Positions 1 to 8,228 of a DNA stretch of 43,385 nt are shown piece after piece. The DNA comes from a candidate division WS6 bacterium OLB20. GTDB taxonomy: Bacteria > Patescibacteriota > Dojkabacteria > B142 > OLB20. The position numbers and the translations under genes are program-made. Every line of letters begins with the position of its first letter. Position 1 is the first letter of the stretch. Where the stretch lies: NCBI GenBank assembly GCA_001567355.1, contig JYNZ01000007.1, forward strand, positions 1-43,385. The letters run 5' to 3'. The notes beneath the pieces are model-generated. The model saw nothing but the letters and a program-made list of their open reading frames with translations. It was not told the DNA's origin and made no database searches.

Positions 1-192
1 GCAAAAGAAAGGGCAGAAAAGAAAAACTCTCCGGCATGCACTCCTTCACCGGTCAGATACTGCTGCCGCTCGTTACGCAGCATGTGCTAGCGCCAGGATG
101 CTGTGTTTTACACTTCGCGTCAGCATCTGAATCCTCGGTTCATCCGTGAAATGCCGGACTTGAAAACAAAGACAGAAACGGAACCCTGGGGT

Positions 193-259
193 CCGGGGGA
201 ATATCCTGTCCGGGTCAGCCTGCAAAGGTGAATAGTCTGTTGGAACCATATTCCCCCGG
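193..259. repeat. perfect 12-bp inverted repeat (CCGGGGGAATAT / ATATTCCCCCGG) enclosing a 43-nt loop
   Basis: Arms at 193..204 and 248..259 are exact reverse complements. The loop contains a CCU-GCAA-AGG mini-hairpin (219..228). Purine-rich (157..190) and pyrimidine-rich (261..290) tracts flank the arms and can extend the helix imperfectly. Confidence 0.6.
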
Positions 260-272
260 TGGGTTTTCTTTG

Positions 273-307
273 CTTCGTTTCTTTTGGTCCAGACAAAAGA
301 AATGAAG
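273..307. repeat. 14-bp hairpin (one G-U pair, 7-nt loop) that re-uses the pyrimidine tract of the neighbouring long helix
   Basis: Base-by-base pairing of 273-286 with 294-307. It is mutually exclusive with pairing of 261..290 to 157..190. Confidence 0.5.
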
Positions 308-366
308 AGAAAAACATGAGCAGTTCAGTAGGTTGCAACCGAATACTTCAAATGAAGCGAAGAAAA

Positions 367-510
367 TTATCGCCCCTTAAACTTCGTATACGCCTCGTGC
401 GCGACACCCGCAGCGGCACCTATCACAAGCCCGGCAGCACCGATGAGAACTGCACCAAGGATGCCAAATCCAACTGCTTTTTCTACATATTTTGATTCGC
501 GTTCTGCCAT
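367..510 (-). CDS. small glycine-zipper membrane protein (47 aa), paralog of 525..740
   Basis: My own translation, since this is below the ORF-track cutoff: MAERESKYVEKAVGFGILGAVLIGAAGLVIGAAAGVAHEAYTKFKGR. Its first 20 nt match the start of 525..740 at 19/20 positions. Confidence 0.45.
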   Translation of the reverse strand: MAERESKYVEKAVGFGILGAVLIGAAGLVIGAAAGVAHEAYTKFKGR

Positions 511-524
511 GTTGTTCTTTATAG

Positions 525-740
525 TTATCTTGATCTCCTCTCGAGTTTAGTCCTGAGCATAGCATTGATAGTCCTGCTTGTTGTCTTTTTCCTGAAGATA
601 TCTGTATCTCTTAGGTCTATTGCCTCATGTGCGATTCCACCAGCAGCACCTAAGACAAATCCTGCGACTCCAAGCATTACCGCTCCCAGTGCTCCAAAAC
701 GGATTGCCTTTTCTGTATATTTTGATTCGCGTTCCGCCAT
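525..740 (-). CDS. small glycine-zipper membrane protein (71 aa)
   Basis: ORF MAERESKYTEKAIRFGALGAVMLGVAGFVLGAAGGIAHEA... has the same N-terminus and the same G/A-rich TM helix as the 367..510 product. Confidence 0.5.
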   Translation of the reverse strand: MAERESKYTEKAIRFGALGAVMLGVAGFVLGAAGGIAHEAIDLRDTDIFRKKTTSRTINAMLRTKLERRSR

Positions 741-909
741 ACGTATTTATGATCCTGTGTTCAATCGTATCTGCCGGGGATACTGCTGTATCCCTCCCCT
801 TGCTGTAATTATAGCGCACGCACTCTGAAAAATCCTGAATCCTTTCTGAAGTGAAAGCAATCCTCAGATAAAATCTAACGGATCGGCCTGACCATGCTAC
901 AATTACAGT

Positions 910-1272
910 ATGGATATGTACAGAGAGGCGCTGCTTGACCACTACCAGAACCCGCGCAATTTCGGGGAACTTGTTGACGCCGATGTTACAATAGAACTGG
1001 AGAACAGCCATTGCGGAGACCGCGTTGTTCTGTTTCTCAAATTTGCTGACGGATTTGTGACAGAAGCCAGTTTTGAAGGCGAAGGCTGCGCGATAGCGAT
1101 TGCTGCCGGATCGGTTCTGACAGAGCATATTATCGGCAAGCCCGTTACCGAGCTTAAAGACTTCCGGCTGGAAGATCTCATGAATCTCCTTAAAGTAGAA
1201 CTGACTGTATCGCGAGCTAAGTGTGCTGCACTCAGTGTTGATGCGTTACAAAAGGCACTGGCAGAAAATTAG
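910..1272 (+). CDS. sufU: Fe-S cluster assembly scaffold, NifU N-terminal / SufU-like
   Basis: The motifs HYQNPRN, HCGD, EGEGCAIA and AKCAALS give the three conserved Cys ligands in the SufU/IscU order. There is no LPPVK motif. Confidence 0.75.
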   Translation: MDMYREALLDHYQNPRNFGELVDADVTIELENSHCGDRVVLFLKFADGFVTEASFEGEGCAIAIAAGSVLTEHIIGKPVTELKDFRLEDLMNLLKVELTVSRAKCAALSVDALQKALAEN

Positions 1273-1329
1273 CTTATTGAGCCGCCGTTATTGACCGTAT
1301 TTTTATATAAACTGTATACTTAGTAAGCA

Positions 1330-1695
1330 ATGCACGATCATATTGATCAAAAAAATATCATCAGGAACTTGCTATCCGTTGCCCCCAAGCATTGCGATAA
1401 TTGCGGATCAAAGTATTCAGAAGAGGATTTCAGAATTGTACGCAGCTCAGCTGTAAATACCGTTCTGCACCTCAAATGTACCGTCTGCAATAACGCATAC
1501 ATGCTTAATGTGATGAACCCCATGAACGGCATGGTCGGTTCACAGCGCACTCCTATCAACATTGACCTGCGAGGGACTGAAGAGATCGAGCAGTTTGCAG
1601 GCAAGGACGCTGTCAGCCAGAACGAGGCAATCGATACATACAACGAGATAGATCCTGAGTTTGACCAGGAGGCAATGCAGGATATCCTGCTATAG
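1330..1695 (+). CDS. hypothetical zinc-ribbon protein
   Basis: Two CxxC pairs (CDNC ... CTVC) and an acidic C-terminus. I recognise no family. Confidence 0.45.
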   Translation: MHDHIDQKNIIRNLLSVAPKHCDNCGSKYSEEDFRIVRSSAVNTVLHLKCTVCNNAYMLNVMNPMNGMVGSQRTPINIDLRGTEEIEQFAGKDAVSQNEAIDTYNEIDPEFDQEAMQDILL

Positions 1696-2778
1696 CTTTA
1701 CTGAAGCTGTTTTCGCTACAAAATCAGCTGAAAACTGCGCGGTATCTGTTCCGGTGACAACCGTTTGAATCCCCAGATCGAGAATAAGCTGTTCCATATT
1801 ACTCCTGTGCACGGGGTCAAGTTCTGACATGATGTCATCCAGCAGCAGGACCGGCGTTGTCCCCTCTTCACTGCGCAGCACATCAAGCATGGCCAGTTTG
1901 ATTATCAGTGCCGCGAGCCGCTGCTGACCGCGCGAACCGAATATCCGCATCGGCCGACCGCCGAACGATATTATCAGATCATCACGATGCGGACCGTACA
2001 GTGTCCTGCCAGCTGCCCGCTCCTTCAGTCTTCCCTGTTCAAGTTTTTCACCAAATCGCTCTGCAATGTTTTCACCTCCCGACAGATCAGCGAACTTTGA
2101 TTCATACGACAGGTCAAGATCTCTGACCTCACCGCCAAACAGCGATGCCGCAAGATCCCTGACGACAGGCACAAAGCCGCGCAAAAGATGAATGCGCTGC
2201 GATATCAGTTCTGAACCAAGCGAAATCAGCTGCTCATCCCAGAACGGCAGTTCCCGCTCAGAGGCACGCCCTTCCAGGATCAGGCCCAGCAGCGTATTGC
2301 GCTGTCTGAGTACTTTTTTATAATCACGTAAAGCATTCTCGTACTGACGGCTCTGCATGCTCAGGAATTCGTCGAGCTCGGCCCGGCGTACTTCGGGTGC
2401 ACCGCTGACAAGGTCAAGATCCTGCGGAGCAAACAGCACTGTCTGCAGATGCCGCGAAAAGTCTGCTCTGCGTTTGCCGGCACCGTTTACCTCATAACGT
2501 TTAGTCTGTCTGCCTGACTGCTCACTTACCACGAGCCCCAGTTTGCGGCCGTCGGCAAGCGAGGCGTCAATACGTGCAAATGGAATCCGGGCCTGCCAGC
2601 TGATAGTATTGCCCTCGGTAAACGGACGGAATGATCTGGCTCTGCTCAGGTGGTACAGTCCGTCAAGAAAGTTGCTTTTTCCCGCACCGTTTGGCGCGGC
2701 GATCAGCGTAACGCTGTCAGACAGATCTGTCTTCAGCGTAAGATTACGGAAGTTTTGAAATGATACGGATGTGACCAC
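1690..2778 (-). CDS. recF: DNA replication and repair protein RecF
   Basis: Walker A APNGAGKSNFLDG near the N-terminus, an SMC-like signature region, and LLLDDIMSELD (Walker B). The length of 362 aa is typical. Confidence 0.9.
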   Translation of the reverse strand: MVTSVSFQNFRNLTLKTDLSDSVTLIAAPNGAGKSNFLDGLYHLSRARSFRPFTEGNTISWQARIPFARIDASLADGRKLGLVVSEQSGRQTKRYEVNGAGKRRADFSRHLQTVLFAPQDLDLVSGAPEVRRAELDEFLSMQSRQYENALRDYKKVLRQRNTLLGLILEGRASERELPFWDEQLISLGSELISQRIHLLRGFVPVVRDLAASLFGGEVRDLDLSYESKFADLSGGENIAERFGEKLEQGRLKERAAGRTLYGPHRDDLIISFGGRPMRIFGSRGQQRLAALIIKLAMLDVLRSEEGTTPVLLLDDIMSELDPVHRSNMEQLILDLGIQTVVTGTDTAQFSADFVAKTASVKL

Positions 2779-2810
2779 TGTGCAGCTATTGTAGCACGCA
2801 GCTGCTGCCC

Positions 2811-3224
2811 TTACTTGCTGTCTGTGTGGTCGTGGTCGTGATTATGATCGTGATCGTGATCGTGGTCATGACTGTGATCGTGGGCCTCCGGTTTCATACC
2901 TGGGACCTGCTCACGCAGCCACATTGCCGCCTTCTGCTGCAGTATTACTGCAGAGATGTAACGCCGGCCGCGATCATTGTCATACTCTTTTTTCAGTTTG
3001 GGATCCAGGATGCCGGCAATCTCTGCCTCCACCTCAGCAGATGTGACCTTGAGGTCATGCTCCTGCGCAATTTTTACAAACAGAAGCTCCTGTGACAATC
3101 GTTCGGTGATCTCCTCGCTCCACTGTTTACGCAGTTCTTCTTCTGAGGTGTTCTGTGACTTGAGAAAGTCCTCAAGCTTGATACCCAGCTCGTCGACACG
3201 CTGCTTGTAGTCATCGATCCGGCC
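2811..3224 (-). CDS. tig: trigger factor, C-terminal segment (downstream reading frame)
   Basis: The frame of ORF 2811..3098 stays open upstream to 3272. It reads RIDDYKQRVDELGIKLEDFLKSQNTSEEELRKQWSEEITERLSQELLFVKIAQEHDLKV..., a typical trigger-factor C-domain. It ends in an HD-rich tail. Confidence 0.8.
   Translation of the reverse strand, partial: GRIDDYKQRVDELGIKLEDFLKSQNTSEEELRKQWSEEITERLSQELLFVKIAQEHDLKVTSAEVEAEIAGILDPKLKKEYDNDRGRRYISAVILQQKAAMWLREQVPGMKPEAHDHSHDHDHDHDHNHDHDHTDSK
2826..2882 (-). repeat. coding (His-Asp)n microsatellite-like tract
   Basis: Encodes HDHSHDHDHDHDHNHDHDH. The plus strand shows gtgatc/gtggtc-type units. Confidence 0.8.
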
Positions 3225-4015
3225 TGTACTTCTGCTTCGATAAGCTTGGCGGGGATGTTGACCTTGGATGCCTTAACTGCCTCGCTCAGCATAGTCTGCA
3301 GGCGCTTGTTCTCCATCATGCGGACCTTGTCAGCCTTAAGCCGTTCGCGCAGCTCATCCTTGAGGTCTTTGACCGACTCAAAGCCGATCTTCATGTCTTT
3401 TACCTGTTCGTCGGTAAGTTCCTTGACCTGTTTATCCAGGTCAGGCTTTTCTTCTTTTTTGGCTTCTTTCTTCTCGGCACTTGTATCTTTTTTGCTATCT
3501 GCTTCATCCGTGTCCTGCTTTTTTTCTTCAGCCTGTCTGATCAGGTCCTTCTGCTGTCTGTCGAGCTCCAGCAGGCGCTTGATCGAGTTGCTGATATCCT
3601 CGTCGGTTACCTCGGCGCTTTCCTCCTTGATTTTGATTTTGGTGAAATCTCCGAGTTTGAAATCAGGGAAGTCTACAAATGAAGCCGAGAACTCAAGTCC
3701 GGCATCATCAGTGACCTTTTTGACAGAATACTGCACCTGGGTGATCGGATTATACTTTTCTTCCTCCATGATCTCTGCAGTGATTGCCGGGATCATGCGG
3801 TTGATTGTTTCTTCATACAGGCGGGTACCCAGTTTTGCCTCGATCAGATTTTCAGGTCCCTTACCTTTTCTGAAACCGGGAAGCGAAACATCCGCAGAAA
3901 GACGTGTAAATGCCTTTGCTTTTTCGTCTGCAAAACGTGCTTTGTCAACGGTAACAGCCAGCTCAATATCGCCGTCCTTTGATTTATTTACTTTGTATGA
4001 ATATCCCTGCGCCAT
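3074..4015 (-). CDS. tig: trigger factor, N-terminal segment (upstream reading frame; the last ~47 codons are out of frame)
   Basis: The N-terminal ribosome-binding domain has the GFRKGK signature (LPGFRKGKGP). The recognisable TF sequence ends at ...IPAKLIEAEVQA and continues in the other frame. Confidence 0.85.
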   Translation of the reverse strand: MAQGYSYKVNKSKDGDIELAVTVDKARFADEKAKAFTRLSADVSLPGFRKGKGPENLIEAKLGTRLYEETINRMIPAITAEIMEEEKYNPITQVQYSVKKVTDDAGLEFSASFVDFPDFKLGDFTKIKIKEESAEVTDEDISNSIKRLLELDRQQKDLIRQAEEKKQDTDEADSKKDTSAEKKEAKKEEKPDLDKQVKELTDEQVKDMKIGFESVKDLKDELRERLKADKVRMMENKRLQTMLSEAVKASKVNIPAKLIEAEVQAGSMTTSSVSTSWVSSLRTFSSHRTPQKKNCVNSGARRSPNDCHRSFCL

Positions 4016-4093
4016 GAAATGTTCTAAAACTTGTGTAAGACGTCAGATTATACCGTAGAAACGATTGATAATAAAGCACTTTCGGGGTGATTC

Positions 4094-5209
4094 CTAACGC
4101 TGCAGGCGCTCCCGGAGAGACAGCTGGATATCGGGGGTGTCAGCAGTCAGTGAAATTGCAGTGATCACCGCTGTTACAGGACCGACGAGCAGTGCCGCAA
4201 AGGATGCACTCATGAACCAGAGCATCCCCTGCACGACATACGGATCCTCCCAGAACGGTAGCGCGGAGCCCTTGCTGAGCATGATTGATGTGATCGTGAT
4301 ACCCAGAAAGACAAAAAAGAAGCTGTTAACAACACGACCTACAGCAATCTGATTGTGCGCTGTACCTTCACGTACGAGGTTGATGGTTGTTGTCTTCGGA
4401 TATGTTTTCTTCTTGCGGATGATGCTCTGTGCCACATCAAGTGCAGTGTTGATTGTAGCTCCGAAACTGATAAAGAGCACAGCTACATTTATCAGGTTCC
4501 AAAAATCAGCAAGAGGTGTGTTGCCGGAGATCAGACTGACGTTTGTATAAAACAGCTCTGTAAGAAACGTGGATTTAAACAGCATAACGTTGATCAGGAG
4601 GATGATAAACAGTGTCAGCACCTGCGAGATCGAGACAATAAACGCGATGCGGATGTTGCGGACCTGGATCAGCATACTGGCAAAAGCGATGATACCCAGG
4701 GCGAGCAGCGACATAATGAAGATATTTGACAGTTCAAACAGCAGCCCCAGCGCTCCGGAAAAGGTAAGTAGAAATACGAGAAGTGTCGGCACAATGTATT
4801 TGAAGCCCTCTTTTCCAAGTATTACAGCCATGAGGGCAAAAAATACAATACTTACCCAGAGCAGAATGTTGCTGCGTGCATGTCCGGCAAACCGGTAGAA
4901 TTCGCCGATTGATGTCTGGACATCTTCTACATAAATCAAGTCTCCCTGGTTGATCTGTTCAAGCTCGACATCGCGGACGGGAATACGCAGCGAAATAAAC
5001 TCGCCGTTACTGTCAAGACGTGCCTCAACGTTCTGATAAAACTGACCGCCGTCCTCAATCAGCTCAAACCTGTCGGTGATACTTGCACTCTGTAAAGAGG
5101 AGGAAGGCTCCTGACGGGAGATACTGAACAGCGATACTGCTCCGACCAGCAATGTTAGGATAAGCGCAATCAGCGCATCCCTGGTCAGTAACTGTTTGAG
5201 CTTCTGCAT
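4094..5209 (-). CDS. multi-pass integral membrane protein (possibly YibE/F-like)
   Basis: An N-terminal TM, a ~100-aa extracytoplasmic segment, then about 7 hydrophobic helices. The family assignment is from memory only. Confidence 0.5.
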   Translation of the reverse strand: MQKLKQLLTRDALIALILTLLVGAVSLFSISRQEPSSSLQSASITDRFELIEDGGQFYQNVEARLDSNGEFISLRIPVRDVELEQINQGDLIYVEDVQTSIGEFYRFAGHARSNILLWVSIVFFALMAVILGKEGFKYIVPTLLVFLLTFSGALGLLFELSNIFIMSLLALGIIAFASMLIQVRNIRIAFIVSISQVLTLFIILLINVMLFKSTFLTELFYTNVSLISGNTPLADFWNLINVAVLFISFGATINTALDVAQSIIRKKKTYPKTTTINLVREGTAHNQIAVGRVVNSFFFVFLGITITSIMLSKGSALPFWEDPYVVQGMLWFMSASFAALLVGPVTAVITAISLTADTPDIQLSLRERLQR

Positions 5210-5230
5210 GATGCTCCGTGCTGGATAAAA

Positions 5231-5392
5231 TCAGTCCTCGTCCGCAAATGATCCGCCTTCGTCTGCATTCTCATCGTCCATGTCGTGGAACTCATCAGCA
5301 AGGCTGTCGAGCGCATCCTCGTCATCACTGGTATCCTCATCATCAAAGTATGAGGGTGAAAAAGAATCATCGTCTTCGTAAGGGTCGTCCAT
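5231..5392 (-). CDS. hyper-acidic small protein (53 aa), not in the ORF track
   Basis: My own translation: MDDPYEDDDSFSPSYFDDEDTSDDEDALDSLADEFHDMDDENADEGGSFADED. It has 26/53 Asp+Glu and no Lys or Arg. It fills the dus-to-membrane-gene gap on the same strand. Confidence 0.35.
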   Translation of the reverse strand: MDDPYEDDDSFSPSYFDDEDTSDDEDALDSLADEFHDMDDENADEGGSFADED

Positions 5393-5431
5393 GGCAAAAT
5401 CAGTATTTGTTTCAGATTATGTGGAGTTCTG

Positions 5432-6523
5432 TTAATTGTCAAGCATTATTTCAGTTGTTTCTACCTGTGCCAGAATGCGTTCCACCTGCTCTGCATTTTC
5501 TGATCTGACAAGTTCTGCACGCACCTGTGCAGCCCCGTGGAATCCCTTCATGTACCAGCCGAGATGTTTACGCAGCTGGACAAACATCTGCTCAGGCTTA
5601 AGACGGGCGTGCAGATGGGCATGCTCTATCGCCACCGCGATGCGTTCCTGCAGTGGTACATCATCAAAGTCGAGCCCTTTGAATATCCACGGGTGCCCGA
5701 ACGATGCCCGACCGATGAGGACACCGTCCATGTTCCCGGACATACGTTTATCTGCATCTGCGAGCGACTGGACATCACCGTTACCAAGAAACGTAATGCG
5801 CTGCTCACTGCTGTGAGCGCTGTTCCATTCCGCCACTGCGTCAGCCGCTCGGTAGAGCTGCTCCCAGTCAGCTGAACCTGTGTACATCTGCTTCAGCGTT
5901 CTGCCGTGCATGGTTATGTTCGCGGGTTCCTCCTTCAGCAGGGTATTTACCCAGTCAACCGCCACAACATCCTTATAGCCGATGCGTGTTTTAACAGACA
6001 CCGGTATGTGCCTGCGCTCTGCAGGCAGGCTGACCCCTAGTTCGATCAGTCTGTTTTTTGTTGCCTCAGTCTGGGCAATCAGCTCGGGACGGACGTCTTT
6101 GAGTCCATCTTTAACCCAGTCAGCCACTCCCTGTTTTACCGCTCTGACAATATCAAGCGCCAGATCAGGTGTGGCGATCAGCGCGGCTCCCGAACCGCTT
6201 GCTGCAACACTCTTAGAGGGGCATCCCATGTTGATGTCCACTCCGTCAAACCCGAGTTCACCGACGACTTTTGCTGCGATATAAAAGAACGCCGGGTCAT
6301 TGCCGTAAATCTGCGCCACAACAGGACGTTCAATCTCATGGTAGAGAAAATCGTAGAAAAGCTGCTCAGGAGCATGGTAAATACCGTTTACGTTGATAAA
6401 TTCTGTCAGGACGACGTCAGGCTCACCGTACTTTGCAGCGATGTATCTGAACGGAGCATCGGTCACCCCGTCCATCGGGGATAATCCGATCACCGGCTTT
6501 TTCAGTTGTTGCCAAAAATTCAT
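5432..6523 (-). CDS. dus: tRNA-dihydrouridine synthase
   Basis: LSPMDGVTDAPFR at the N-terminus and the DINMGCP active-site motif, in a TIM-barrel-length protein. Confidence 0.85.
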   Translation of the reverse strand: MNFWQQLKKPVIGLSPMDGVTDAPFRYIAAKYGEPDVVLTEFINVNGIYHAPEQLFYDFLYHEIERPVVAQIYGNDPAFFYIAAKVVGELGFDGVDINMGCPSKSVAASGSGAALIATPDLALDIVRAVKQGVADWVKDGLKDVRPELIAQTEATKNRLIELGVSLPAERRHIPVSVKTRIGYKDVVAVDWVNTLLKEEPANITMHGRTLKQMYTGSADWEQLYRAADAVAEWNSAHSSEQRITFLGNGDVQSLADADKRMSGNMDGVLIGRASFGHPWIFKGLDFDDVPLQERIAVAIEHAHLHARLKPEQMFVQLRKHLGWYMKGFHGAAQVRAELVRSENAEQVERILAQVETTEIMLDN

Positions 6524-6561
6524 GGTATGTGTATCCTGAGCGTGAAATTATACCAGTTACC

Positions 6562-7224
6562 ATGTCCCAGGGGCGCATATTTGTTATCGAGGGTACCGAT
6601 GGTGCCGGAAAAGGCACGCAGGCCAGACTTCTGACCGAACTGCTTGAGGCGAAAGGCTTTCCTGTTGCGACTCTTGATTTCCCCCGTTACGGTCATCCCA
6701 GTGCCCATCTGGTGGAGTCATATCTGAACGGTGACTACGGCACGATGGCTGATGTTACTCCACAGGCTGCTTCTATCCTGTTTGCTGTAGACAGATTTGC
6801 AGCTGCAAATGAGATCCGCAGTCAGCTTGAACGTGGCAGTATCATCATTGCCAACCGTTACTCGTCTTCGAACATGGGGCATCAGGCGGGCAAGATTGCT
6901 GATCTTAATGAGCGGGCACGGTTTCTTGACTGGCTGCAGGAACTTGAGCATACATATCTCAAAATTCCCCGTCCTGACAGGGTTTTTCTGCTCTATCTTG
7001 ATGCAGACGAGGCACAACGCCGGGTCGATCTTAAGGAGAAACGTGAGTATACGCGCGGTAAAAAGCGCGATATTGCAGAGGAAGATACAGACCACCAGAG
7101 AAAATCAGCTGAGGCATATCTATGGACGGCAAAACGATACGGCTGGGATATTATTGATGCCAGTGGCACCGAAGCAGAAGTGCATTCCCGTCTTCTCAAG
7201 CAGATCCTTCCGCTACTCGACTGA
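6562..7224 (+). CDS. tmk: thymidylate kinase
   Basis: The P-loop IEGTDGAGKGTQ follows MSQGRIFV. The start is moved to the ATG at 6562, because the track start at 6529 adds non-homologous residues. Confidence 0.9.
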   Translation: MSQGRIFVIEGTDGAGKGTQARLLTELLEAKGFPVATLDFPRYGHPSAHLVESYLNGDYGTMADVTPQAASILFAVDRFAAANEIRSQLERGSIIIANRYSSSNMGHQAGKIADLNERARFLDWLQELEHTYLKIPRPDRVFLLYLDADEAQRRVDLKEKREYTRGKKRDIAEEDTDHQRKSAEAYLWTAKRYGWDIIDASGTEAEVHSRLLKQILPLLD

Positions 7225-7376
7225 ACCTCAGTAGCAAAAGCGGCCCGAGGCTGTCATTATTCCGGAATGTTCTGCACAGACAGCGAACACTCTCCCTGAC
7301 ATCGTTTTAACGGTGTCGTAATTCTGATCGAAAGGTGCAAGTGCAAGTTGCAGTAAAAATAGCCACCTAACTCCTG

Positions 7377-7565
7377 TTAGAGGTCAGTGTAAACTGATTC
7401 TGCGGAAAAACCGCACACCGGGCAAAGGAATCCTCCTTCAAGGAAGTACAGCCTGTTTGTGCAGTCAGGGCATTTGCTTGCATTTGCCTTCTGCTTGCTG
7501 TCTTCCAGCCGGCGCTCCAGTTTTACCTGGAGATCCCTCCAACTCTGCTGATATTTTCTATGCAT
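7377..7565 (-). CDS. small zinc-ribbon protein
   Basis: CPDC...CPVC in a 62-aa ORF downstream of the NUDIX/dcd operon. Confidence 0.4.
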   Translation of the reverse strand: MHRKYQQSWRDLQVKLERRLEDSKQKANASKCPDCTNRLYFLEGGFLCPVCGFSAESVYTDL

Positions 7566-7634
7566 GATGAGTTGGTAACTATATATAGTATAACGGGAAA
7601 CTGAGAATATAGTAACTGTTTTTGTATATTTTCC

Positions 7635-8228
7635 TCAGACAGCCAGGACTTTTTTCACCACCAGCCTTGACCAGTATGTCAAACGCTCGATATTGTCCAG
7701 CAGAAAACGAGTGTTCACAAATTGCAGATCTGCCAGAGCATCCTCATTTGAGGTGACATCATCAGTGTTTATCTCAAACAGGTAGGTCAGTCCAACGTGA
7801 ACATGATTAACCGGGTTTTCATCTTCGATGTATATGATGCCCAGAAACTCCCGACTCGTGACATCACCGTTGATGGTAACCTCTTCCTCGAGCTCGCGCT
7901 CGAGTGCCGCCTCAACGATATCCAGTCTTGAAGCATCTATCTCGTCTACGTGTCCCCCGATAAATACAGGCCAGAGATCATGCAGACGCTGCTCACCACC
8001 GCTTGCTGATATTCTGTGGAGAAGATAGGTATCTTTGTATCGTAGAATGATCTGGGGAATGATCTGCTTAAATGCAGGGTCGTCTTCAATCTCGGACCTG
8101 GGTCTGAACTCTCCGTATTCACGGATCATATCAAGGCAGGCATCCGCACCGTCAGTCAGCAGTCCGTCCCATCTGCCGCGTGAAAACAGTCTGTCTGCGG
8201 TGATTCCCCATGCTTTCTTGTTGCTCAT
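7635..8228 (-). CDS. NUDIX hydrolase
   Basis: Nudix box GGHVDEIDASRLDIVEAALERELEEE. The start overlaps the dcd stop by 4 nt. Confidence 0.8.
   Translation of the reverse strand: MSNKKAWGITADRLFSRGRWDGLLTDGADACLDMIREYGEFRPRSEIEDDPAFKQIIPQIILRYKDTYLLHRISASGGEQRLHDLWPVFIGGHVDEIDASRLDIVEAALERELEEEVTINGDVTSREFLGIIYIEDENPVNHVHVGLTYLFEINTDDVTSNEDALADLQFVNTRFLLDNIERLTYWSRLVVKKVLAV

Noticed and set aside
193-259. Possible SRP (4.5S) RNA, because GUCAG-CCU-GCAA-AGG resembles the domain IV GUCAGGUCC-GGAA-GGAAGCAGC
   Set aside because: The near-invariant AGCA and symmetric-loop nucleotides 3' of the tetraloop helix are missing, and the 5' loop is too short. I kept it only as an unclassified structured element.
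625-1128. 167-aa ORF antisense to sufU, and similar long antisense ORFs at 3246..4058, 10038..10595, 12561..13117 and 31108..31713
   Set aside because: Each lies opposite a gene with strong family motifs. Their products are low-complexity or Cys/Arg-rich with no recognisable domains.
2826-2882. Short tandem DNA repeats that could be mistaken for a mini CRISPR or VNTR locus
   Set aside because: The units are 6 nt and in frame, and they encode His-Asp within the tig reading frame. There is no repeat-spacer organisation.
5185-5442. 85-aa track ORF in the dus-to-membrane-gene gap
   Set aside because: It overlaps the ends of both neighbouring genes and has an odd Thr/Met/Arg-rich composition. 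The alternative 53-aa acidic ORF fits the gap cleanly, though it is also unproven.
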